A stretch of DNA of 64,000 nucleotides. Source: Bugula neritina (taxonomy: Eukaryota; Animalia; Bryozoa). Of this stretch, positions 42,401 to 64,000 are shown piece after piece. Each line of letters begins with the position of its first letter. Within the stretch, counting starts at the first letter, position 1. The stretch spans positions 19,592,995 to 19,656,994 of the forward strand of contig OZ037765.1 of NCBI GenBank assembly GCA_964035545.1. Reading direction: 5' to 3'. The notes under the pieces are model-generated. The model searched no databases. It was not told where the DNA came from and saw only the letters and a list, made by a program, of their open reading frames with translations. The position numbers were made by a program, and so were the translations under genes.

Positions 42401-45400
42401 ATGTCTTTGTTTTTTAGAGATGTATAGTTCAAAAGGTTATTTTCTCAGCTATATATAGTTTATAATATTATATTTTGCACTGTTTGAAGTGACTGGAATC
42501 AACATATGGTTAGCAGTGATGTCAGTGGCACTGGTTGGTCTGTTTTACACTGTCATGGTAGGGCAACTCTTTATTCTATACTTTGGTTTACATAATTGCA
42601 ACTCTATACTTTAATAAACGATTAAACTTTTTTTTTCAAATCGAAAAGTGCACTTTATGGCCAATGCACTACAATGCATACTATTTTATAAAATTACAAT
42701 GATTCATATATATGCACAAAAATTTAAAAAGAACCTATAATTAATATAGCATAGGGAGTAGTCATGGTCTAGGCCCATGGGGTTAGAGCATTTGGCTTAG
42801 TAAGCACAAAGTCTTGGGTTCGAAACCCAGTAAAGGCCATTGGTGATGTTAGGAAGAGCATCCAGTCATAATTACTTGAAACTAATTAAAGCTAAGATAT
42901 GGGAAAGTCAAATTGAGTTTTAGTATACTTCAGTGTTAAAGCACTGAAAAATATTTTAGAAATAACAGAGGAATTTTCGGCCTACAATTTATAATAGCAG
43001 CGCGATCATGGAACTCTCAGAGCAAGGTATTACCATCTTGTAATGTATTTCAGTTACTATTACCTATTATACTATAAATGCTAATGTAACTTCAGGGAGG
43101 GCTAAAAGCAGTGCTATGGACAGATACTCTACAGTTTATAATAATGGTGGTTGGAACAGTTACAGTCCTGGTGTATGGTAGTGTGAAGGAAGGAGGTTTT
43201 GGTGAAGTGCTAAGAGTAAACTATCTCAGTGGGAGGATGGATATTACAGAGTTAGTGTCTCATGCTTCTTTGTTTCTATATATAACCAACTGATATAACA
43301 ACCACTATTTTTGTACACCAAACAGCAGGAAAATAGTATAGAAAATAATTCTCAGCTTTTTTATAAATTGAAGTTGCATATTGCTGACTTTATAAGATCA
43401 GAACTTTCTCGATTTTGGGCAACATAATATTGCTTCTCTACCTTGTCTTATCAATTTAATTCATGTTTAGTCTATAAACTTAATATTGTTTTACATTTTC
43501 TAAGTATTTTTTTTGATAAACTCATGCTTGCAATTTGGCTGTAAAAAATAAACATTTATTTTGTTTAATGGATATAAAATGTAACACATGCACCATTTGG
43601 TTCCTACTTGTAGAAATGCAGAGAGCAGCTTGAAAGCTAAAATGTATAGCTAGCATGAATAATATGCACAGTAAAACTAAATTTTAAATATACATAGCTC
43701 ATTTATTATCTAAAAAACTGCTCAATAATATGGTGGCAGGCTCGAGATCTAAGAGATCTAACCGACAGCTCTTGTTTCTTATAATATATTTTCATTTGTA
43801 GCAAAAGTTAGGCCATTTAAAACTTAAAGCCACACTGAATGCAAAATATATTGAATTTTGTTAAAATATGAAATTAAATAATTTGTTTAACACTATCATA
43901 ATATTCATATATTGCAATATGCTAATACCAAGCTTCACACAGAATATATATTTATTAAATATTTCTATTAATATATAATTATTATGTCAGTAAATTTCAG
44001 TAAGAATGAAGTAATAAAGTCTATACAAAGAGAAAAGCCGTTTTATTTTGTCAACTTGTAGCTCATCAAAAGTGTTAGACTTGGATCCAAGGGCACGACA
44101 TACATTATGGTCGACTGCAGTTCAGGGAATTTTATTATACATGAATGTGTATGGAGCTGGGGCTGCTTCAATTCAAAGAGCTCTCACACTAAGATCTAAG
44201 AAAGACATAGCCGTGTAAGTTACTCTTATAGTTCAATTCATACCACATTGTCCATGCAAAAATGTAATATGCTTGCATTTGCTATGCACACTACATTGCA
44301 TATATCCCGTGGCAAATAAAATGAATTAATTTTTTTAATAGTACAATTTGGAGGATGTTGAAAACGTATGTTTTGTTAACAGCTATTTTTTATTTTTCGT
44401 TAATGTAATTTGTTTGTTGTATTTTCTTGTTACTGCAGTGCATATGGAGCGACAGCAATAGGAACAGGTCTGTTTGGACTAGTCTGTGGTTTCATTGGTT
44501 TAGTGATATTTTCATATAACAGATATTGTGACCCTGTAACTGATGGCACCATCTTCAGTAAAGATCAGGTAATATTTTTTGATTAGTGTTATACATGGTC
44601 TTCATAGACATATTCAGATATTCAACTAAAAAGTTATTCTGATGGTTGCAAGATATACTATTTTATTGGAGCTTTCTAATCCTATTAGAATATGCAATCA
44701 ATTAACACCTTTCAAACAACATGAGTTTAAGAATTGCTTATTAAATTACTCTTAGTTTTTGTTAAAAAATTGTAAGAACTAACATTTTTATAAAATGTTG
44801 GTGATTAATTCAATATTTTTCTTTTGTAGCTCTACCCGCTGTATATTATGCAGCTACTTGGACATTTACCTGGTCTACCTGGACTTATACTGTCTTCCAT
44901 ATTCAGTGCATCTCTCAGGTTAATGACATTAATCAACTTTACTGACAGCATCTTGGGGAAAGCAGCTTAGGACTTTTTTATTGATACACTATATCATATG
45001 CCTTTTCTACCATATTTTTTGTACACTATGCACATTACCAATACAGTCAGTACATTATTACAGCACCATTAGCTCTGTTCTAAACTCTGGAGCAGCTATC
45101 CTGTTGGAAGACTGTGTTCGACCCTTGAAACCAAACTTGAGTGAATTCAGAGCTACTTTGATCTCAAAGATTATCTCCTTAGTGCTGGGTGGTATAGCTA
45201 TACTACTCGTCTTGTTTGCTAGGAACTTTGGAACTAGTCTGTTGTCAGTAAGCTGTTAATTTAAACATATAAGTATGTTATCTAGTCGCCAAAGTCACAT
45301 ATAATTAAATACCAATATTTACAAAAGGTTATTATTCTTTTTGATAATTATTCTGAAATTGGCTGATTAAGTTAGCGTAATACAAAAATTTTGACGAGTG

Positions 45401-47235
45401 GCTTTTACAATGCAATGCAACTCAGTAAAATTTCAACACGGCCAAATTGAATTGAAAATCGTGAAGGTATAAATGCAACCTTAAGGCTGAAAACACCCAT
45501 TCTCTGTTCTAAACTTGAAAGACAGATTGAATTTCTTGTAATTAACCACCGTTTTTGTTTGTTACCAACACTGCATACACATGGTTGATTTTGAATGTTA
45601 TGATACTATACAAGAGTGGTTCCAATGCTCTTGTAGATGGGAATGACTTTTGTTGGAATATTGAATGGACCTGGTCTAGCAATCTTTTCTATGGGTATTT
45701 TTCTACCAGTGATTAACAATAAAGGAGCAATAGTTGGATATCTTGTTGGATGTGGTAAGAAGCTTTAAGGCTTCAGCTGCAAGATTTTTCATCTTTGAAA
45801 AAATCTTGATCAAATTCTGATTTATTAAAAAAGATTTTTTGCTAGAAAAATGAACAATTTGCGAAACAAGTTTTTACACTTTGTCAATTTTTAATCAGTC
45901 GTTGTTTATTCCAGTTTTTTTGTAGCATTTGCTGCGTGGGAAGGGTTTGGCAACCTAGTCAACAAGCCATATGTGTACTCCTACCCTGTAACTACAGCTG
46001 GTTGTAACATCACAGATGAGAACTTACTTACTAATATATCATCTCCTGTATATGACCCCAGTACATGGAACCCTCAGTCTCACTACAGGTAGACAAAATT
46101 TTACTCAAACATTATAGAGAGTGTTCAGAAAAGGAATTCAAAATTATGTCAACTAATATTCAAAACTGTGTAAATTGTTACTCAAATTTAAAGTTTAATA
46201 GTAGAATGGTCTGTAATTAAACAGAACAATAACCCAAATATATAACCTATGTTCTGCAGATCTGGCATAGCAGCTTTGTATGACGTCTCCTATCTATGGA
46301 TATTTTTAAATGGAGCCACGGTTACTGTTATAGTATCAGTTGTCTTCAGCTTTATATTTGGTAAGTAATGGGCACAACCGCTCAAGTAACAAGAACTAAT
46401 TACTTCTTATATAGTTGGAGGTCTTATTAAATAATTTGATTCTTATCTAGGATTTAGCCTTGCTGCCAACTAAAATATATATCATATTGTAAGATTTGTT
46501 GTTCACAAAGTGTTTTAGCTGCCTAATAAAGTATTGTAAGGTCTTATCCTTTTAGCTTCTAATTATCATGTGATAAAATACAAAATATATTAACTAAACT
46601 TTCACCTTTTAGCTTCCGAAGATGATAAACCAATCAGCAGAAAGCTTCTCTCCCCACTGTTGTATAAAAATAAGTGTTTTTTAACGACAAGAGTCAGAAA
46701 TGCAATGGACTTTGCTGACGAAACAGTAAGCTAATCTACTCAACTAAAGAGAAATATTTTACATTAATATCAAAATATAATGTTAAATCGCATTATTTGT
46801 GCAAACAAACATGTTCCTGTAATAATGCATGTGCTGTGCAAAGAGAAGACAATTATTAAACTAAATTTTTTTTCAAGTTATGTTGTTTTGTAATAAAATT
46901 TTTACCAAAAAGACCTTTTTCTAATTTTAGAGTAGCATCTTATACTAAAAATAAAAAAGATAATTTTTTTCAAACTATGGCTATTATTAATTAAATAATG
47001 AAAAATTCTCTTACAGTGTGTTGTAGCTAAAGTAAGGGAGATAAATCTCGTTAAAAACTTCTGCTATTATTTTAAGATAATTTATGTTTTAATAATATTT
47101 TAGGAAGAATCCACAGATGGCAGTAAATCTACAGGAAGCAGTGACTCAAGGCCCGACAAAAAACAGGCTTATGACAATGATATCAAAATAGATGAGAATT
47201 TTGAGCTTGAAAATAAAGTAGCAACCAAGTTATAG
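36453..47235 (+). CDS. SLC5 sodium:solute symporter (SLC5A6/A8/A12-like), copy 1, about 621 aa. Exons 36453-36634, 39186-39345, 40693-40758, 41630-41681, 42490-42557, 43096-43250, 44062-44214, 44439-44568, 44830-44918, 45064-45247, 45637-45754, 45926-46088, 46260-46360, 46613-46725, 47104-47235
   Basis: FTWPDYLVF...AAIGFYYA...[15 protein letters not shown]...[10 protein letters not shown]; YIEMRFG; [13 protein letters not shown]; [10 protein letters not shown]; CDP...KDQLYP; PGLPGL...FSASLSTISS; C-terminal ATKL (class I PDZ-type). Total 1866 nt in frame. Confidence 0.93.
38842..39092. repeat. Compound microsatellite (CA)n-(GCAC)n followed by a 9-mer (TATACACAT)n array
   Basis: Directly visible; source of the spurious HTHT and IIHIIH ORFs. 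Confidence 0.95.
40028..40236 (+). mobile_element. tRNA-derived SINE, copy D
   Basis: Sequence reads gagcagctgtggtctaagggttaaagcgtttgc...ggccattggtgatgttaggatgagcatcc...ggggttttctcacagggataaacttgtgtgagt. Confidence 0.88.
42753..42875 (+). mobile_element. tRNA-derived SINE, copy E (3'-truncated)
   Basis: Head and core only: gggagtagtcatggtctagg...ttagtaagcac...gggttcgaaaccc...ggccattggtgatgttaggaagagcatccagtcataatt. Confidence 0.82.
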
Positions 47236-47734
47236 GCTAAACTAAAACCACAATTCTTATATTTGCTGTTTAGATCTTGGTTTAAACTTTGTATATTGTA
47301 TCTATAATGCTTTTTAGTTTTAGATTTTTATGCAGAATGCAATTGAAAATGTGCATTTATGGTAAACAATTTGTTGTACTATAACTTCCCAAGTTTATTG
47401 CAATCAATTTTCTATTTCGGCAAAATTATTAAAAATTAGCTGCGCTTACATCTTCTATATCATATTATAGTGTTTTATATATTAATAATTATTAATAAAT
47501 TTTTCACTTGCTGCTTTTATAGTTACAAAATTGTACGGACCCTAATAAGTAGCTATAGATAATTTCTGCGGTTACAACTCTATGATGAAAAAATGTTATA
47601 ATGTTTCTTGTTCAAAATTTATCAATATGTAGTGATGAATAAATTGACACTTCCCATGCATTTATATTCTTACATAATAGTATACACAATGCGCACTGTC
47701 ACATTGTCTATTCTACTAAACTTCAAAGCAATTT

Positions 47735-48175
47735 TCAGTTGGTCTATTAAAACATGTAGAACTCAGCTAATCAGGGATTGTACCGCTCAAATATCTCACA
47801 ATTATAACCTATATAAAATTCTGCAAGTTCAAGTGTAAAATGCATGGTTTTAAAAATATTTGCGCAACTTTTGCTATGTGCATTTTTTAGTTTTATATCT
47901 TAAGCTTAGAGCATCACGTTTCTTTTTATTATTTCTAAATTTAGATGTTTGAAAATTTCAGTTAAAATTTACATGCTTGAAAATATACTCTGGACAGGCT
48001 GTACCACTACTCCAGTGTTACTGAGATAAAGCTCAATACATTTTGGTTTGTTATAACATGAATGGCAATTGGGTGAGGGTGTAACACTCATAAACTTGGT
48101 ACACGACTCAATAGGTTAGTTGAGTAATATATACGCCTGTTTATTAAAAACTAGTAGTGAAAGATTTTAAGCGTA
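47735..48175. repeat. Left arm of a diverged inverted repeat pair (partner at 50400-50785)
   Basis: For example, gtaccactactccagtgtt near 48001 is the reverse complement of aacactggagtagtggtac near 50484. Alignable by eye over more than 300 bp. Confidence 0.85.
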
Positions 48176-48291
48176 CCATCTTGAAAGGTTCTGCATCACT
48201 TTTTGAATTTATACTTTAATGTTACTATTGAAACATAATCTAAAAATATGCTGTACAAAATACACAGTAGGACAAAAATTTGAAGCTATGC

Positions 48292-48819
<528 letters not shown>

Positions 48820-49530
48820 CATGCTGCATTAGTATATAATATATGTCACCATGTAGATGTTACTAGATTAACTTTCAGTACTATTCCTGTCATTAAAATT
48901 TTATTATAAACCAATGCTCCTAAAGTAGGTACCTCAATGTCTGCTAATTTTTTATAGTTTTTACTGACTAATTAAATTATTTCTAATAATGATAGAATAA
49001 ATAACCATGACAACAATGTTTATACAAGGCTGCATGCAGTACAGAAGCAAAGGCTTTGAGCTCACCTTAGCATCTATTCCTAATATTTGAGCTTAAAATA
49101 CCCATCCCTAGCCTAAGGCCTAGGTTATTTCATTGTCATTTGGACACTATTTAAACTTTTAGTTAAATAAACTATTACCAGCACTGTTGGTGTTAGCACT
49201 CAGTAATGCAGCTACTTCGCTGTAGATGCAGCAATTTCTGGCCTGTATACTATATATTATTACAATATAGTATATCATGGCTATCACATCATAACATCTG
49301 ATGGGCATTTCTACTACCACATTTTTGGTAGCACATTTATTTTATATCATTGGAACTCTCCAACTGCAATAGCAGTTAGTTAAATGTAATAAACAACTTG
49401 CAAAGCCAGTCTGGCTTCTTCTCCGTTTATTTTTTGAGCACACAATAACAAAAGTGAAAATATTGGTACTTATAAACTATCAAGTAAATGTTTTCTATAT
49501 TTTATTTGTTTCTCCTTTAGCAAAAAAGAT

Positions 49531-49745
49531 GGGAGCAGTTGTGGTCTATGGGTTAAGGTGTTTGCCTAGTAAGTACAAAGTCATGGGTTCGAGCCCCGAC
49601 AAAGGCCATTGATGATGTCAGGAAGAGCATTCAGTCATAATTGCTCTTGTGTCCCATGTGAATAAATCCTTGGGCCAATTTAACAAAAACCCCTTCCATC
49701 AGGGGTTTCTCACAGGGATGGTGATTATAAACTTACGTGAGTTTT
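49531..49745 (+). mobile_element. tRNA-derived SINE, copy F (full length)
   Basis: Sequence reads gggagcagttgtggtctatgggttaaggtgtttgcctagtaag...gggttcgagccc...ggggtttctcacagggatggtgattataaacttacgtgag. Flanks tttagcaaaaaagat and tttagcaatacaaat resemble a target-site duplication. Confidence 0.88.
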
Positions 49746-50399
49746 ATTTAGCAATACAAATATACAATACCTAAACGCTTGTAAAGGAACTATCACACTT
49801 GGACCACCCAGGTCATACATTATGTAAAGACATGGTTTAGCACAGCCACTATAAGGAGCTAAGCACTTGTTTACTATTTACAAACTGAAACAAGACTGCT
49901 GCCATGTATATTTTGTAAGAAACAGACTTTCAAATCTAGTTATTATAAATTTGTTTATATCTATTTGAATGCTTTAAAAATTAGTTAGTTATATAGTTGT
50001 AGTTAGTCACAATTAAATAAGAAAAACAATTAACAACTATTTTATTGCTTTTCTAAAAAACCTAAATATAGGCATGGGTGAGTTCTAATTGCTAACTAGT
50101 TTTAACTTAGTTAGTCTAATTTTCAAAACAATAAAGTGGAACTATAGGGTTTTTAAATTTTATTAAATCTTATGCACACTAGCATAAATGTCTTATACCA
50201 CAATATATGGTTAAACACCTCAGTAAATATGGGGTTTTGACAAAACTAGTAGCTCAATAGCTCACATAATAATATGTTATGTTGCATGCTTGAGGTGTGA
50301 AAATTGTCACAAGCCAGTGGGTCAAATTTGGTTCAATGATTATAGTGTACCTTCATACACATAACTTACATAAACTCTAATAGCTGCAAATAGTAGCCT

Positions 50400-50785
50400 A
50401 GTTATGACTAAAACCTTTCACTACTAACGCCAAGTAACATTCAAGATAAAAACAAAGCAAAATGTATTGGGCTTTATGCCAGCAACACTGGAGTAGTGGT
50501 ACATGCAGCTGGTCCAGAGTATATTTTCAAACGTGCAAATTTTGACTGCAATTTCAAACATTTAAATTTAGAAATATCCAAAAATAAACTCAATGCTCTT
50601 CACTCAAAATATGAAATTAAGTAATACACATAGCAAAAGTTAAACAAATATTTTTAGAAACGTGCATGTTGTGCTAAATTTGAGGACTTTTGGAATTTCA
50701 TCTAAGTTATAATGGTGACATATTTGAGGGGTACAATTGCCTAATTGGCTGAGTTATGCATGCATGGTCTAATAGAACATGTGAA
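50400..50785. repeat. Right arm of the inverted repeat pair (partner at 47735-48175)
   Basis: Reverse-complement match to 47735-48175, with one internal deletion. Confidence 0.85.
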
Positions 50786-51073
50786 TTTTTACAATCATTG
50801 TTTAAGCAAATATGGAGAGAAGGTGATTAAGCTAGTACATACTGTTACAGATTTAGTTTATCACATTCTTCTATTTCATTGGCTAATCTTATTTTTCTTT
50901 CATCGATCTAACCAAGTCTATGGCTTAGTTTTATATCAAACTCTACTGGCTTAGTTATGGACAATACTACACTCTGGTGTGAACACATTTTATCGTGAGG
51001 TTTATGTGAATATTTTCAAACTTCTACAAGGCTTTGGAATTATTTCCTAGGTTGCTTAGATAAAGTTTTAGTA

Positions 51074-61895
<10,822 letters not shown>

Positions 61896-62669
61896 ATACA
61901 ACAGAAGATCATAAAAGCTTTAATGCATTTCTCATTTTTTTTAGATAAAATTCTTTAGACTTAACTATATTATTATCTACAGTATATAGTTATAAACCTG
62001 TTTCATTTCAAGATGCACTCCTTTCTGTACCAATCAATATAGAATTCCAAACATATTTAGAAGATTTATTATTTCAAGCCGTAATTTTAGATTCATTTGA
62101 GAGTTCTAAGCATTGCATAACACTACTAGCTTAGATCAGCTTTCATGAGAGTGATCAGAATGTCCTACATTCCAGAGTATAATGTGAGAACATTTCTATT
62201 ACATGCTGCAACCTATCCACCTCAGCTTAGTTTCTATCAGTATGCCAGCCAGGCACCATAAATTGGCACCCCTTGGCACTTCTGCATTCTTAACTTTATC
62301 TTGTATTTATAATCTTTCCAAGTCTACATGTAAGTTCATTTTATCTGTGTTCTGTGTATTGTGCAAGCTTCAGCCCTGTAAAAGTACTATATTATGATAA
62401 CTTCATATTTCCCTCTAATGGGGACAGCCTATTATTTCAATGCCACCTACTGGAGTACTCAACTTTCCTTCTTCTACCATTAATCCAACATTCCTTTGCT
62501 CTTCCTTTGTAACTCTTTTGCTTTCACCTTATTTAATTTATCAGTCAGAGTATTCAATTCAACTAGTCCTTTTCTTCCTAATGTCATTTTGTGTTATTGT
62601 AGCCCATAATTTTATTTATCTACTCCTAAAAAATTCTACTAAGCCATCAAGTAGCAACTTTGAAATTTT

Positions 62670-62932
<263 letters not shown>

Positions 62933-63891
62933 AGACAGTTTGTGTTAAAATCCATGTAAAACAAAGTTGCTGCTTTGATTGTAGTGCTGGAGCTGTGGTT
63001 CACTAGTATTTCTAAACTCATGCTGCATGTTGAAGTATTTAGCTATGCTTGTAAACCAATCTGTTAGGACTTGGCATAGTTTAAAATTACACATTGAGTG
63101 CCAACATTATGAAATTGGATCACCTGAGAATATACAGTGTCACATGACTTTGAATCCTTTGTGTACAAAGGCACTAGAAATCGAATAAAGGTAATTTTTT
63201 ATTAATGTTATCACAATGTGACCAATATTTTATTTTCATCGCTTAAATATTGATTGTTATTAGTTTTATTTACATGCATACAAAATTATTAGCTGTAGTT
63301 AATGTAACAGTTATAACGAGCTGTTTGAAGTTGTAGTAACCCTCATCAAAATTTATATTCAGTGAAAACTTTTAACTATAGTTTATATTCTTTAACGTCT
63401 TAACCATTAGATTTATTATAATAGATGGTAAAATGCTAGACTAAAATAAGTTACAAGATTCTTTTTACTGTTTCTGACATGTAAAAGTTGAACTGCTTTG
63501 AGTGGCTTTGAAATCATTACTGAACTAGTAGCAAGATGAAAATGGTACAATATGACACTTGTGACATCATGTCATACCAACAGATAAAAGCAACTGGGTG
63601 TCTTTAATTATGCTAGCCTACATTGAGGTGTACAGAATGCACCCAATAATTTACCTTTACAGCATACCCAATTACAATGCATTGCTATGTTGTGCATGTA
63701 TACTTCATACAGTAAAGGCAACAACTTAAAATTCTTCATTTAAATGTACGTGACAGGTGAATGAGGAACAACTTAAGTATCTAAAATGTGTTATCAATTT
63801 ATCCGTCAGGGTTAGTATTTAAGTGAACTAGCAGTAGTAAAGCTCGCATAAGTAACCTTTTAAAGCCCTGGGACAAATTCTACCTTCTAGT

Positions 63892-64000
63892 ATGGATGAA
63901 AGCAGCTTTCACTTCAAATGGGCAGACTATCTGGTATTTAGTTTGGTTCTGTTGCTGTCAGCAGCCATAGGATTCTACTATGCCTGTACTGGAGGGAAGC
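63892..64000 (+). CDS. SLC5 symporter copy 3, first coding exon (truncated by window end)
   Basis: [36 protein letters not shown], homologous to exon 1 of copies 1 and 2. Confidence 0.88.
   Translation, partial: MDESSFHFKWADYLVFSLVLLLSAAIGFYYACTGGK

Noticed and set aside
42481-42489. Apparently non-canonical acceptors (tttgaag at 42489 and 56172; cctgaag at 57000)
   Set aside because: AAG acceptors are uncommon but still canonical GT-AG. I saw no U12-type or GC-AG introns in any gene model.
45911-45925. Alternative upstream acceptor ccag for SLC5 copy-1 exon 12
   Set aside because: It is 11 nt upstream of the tgtag acceptor, out of frame, and gives an immediate TAG. The tgtag site matches copy 2.

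Overview
AT-rich, intron-rich animal genomic DNA from an invertebrate (a lophotrochozoan such as a bryozoan is plausible, but the sequence alone does not prove it). No prokaryotic features are present. Splicing by hand at GT-AG junctions gives seven protein-coding genes: a short Borealin/CDCA8 homologue (+, 3883-6975, 169 aa); a divergent nicotinic acetylcholine receptor alpha subunit (+, 8333-17636); DDX23/Prp28 (-, 19443-25091); BBS5 (+, 29078-34826), head-to-head with DDX23; and a tandem array of three SLC5A6/8/12-like sodium:solute symporters (36453-47235, 51074-61895, and a third starting at 63892 that runs off the window). Repeats include six copies of a tRNA-Thr-derived SINE, a 117-bp tandem array built from the tail of one SINE, an RTE-LINE 3' remnant, several MITEs and long microsatellites. 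Points most worth following up: Borealin appears to lack its C-terminal domain; the nAChR has a candidate 50-aa cassette exon after the signal peptide and a loop-A Tyr->Gln change; DDX23 starts with tandem SUMO-interacting motifs; the SLC5 paralogues show exon-by-exon mosaic homogenisation; every gene has a splice acceptor within about 1-12 nt of its ATG (5'UTR introns or spliced-leader trans-splicing); and hexamer-phased tracts flank the putative promoters. All exon models were made by eye and need RNA evidence.
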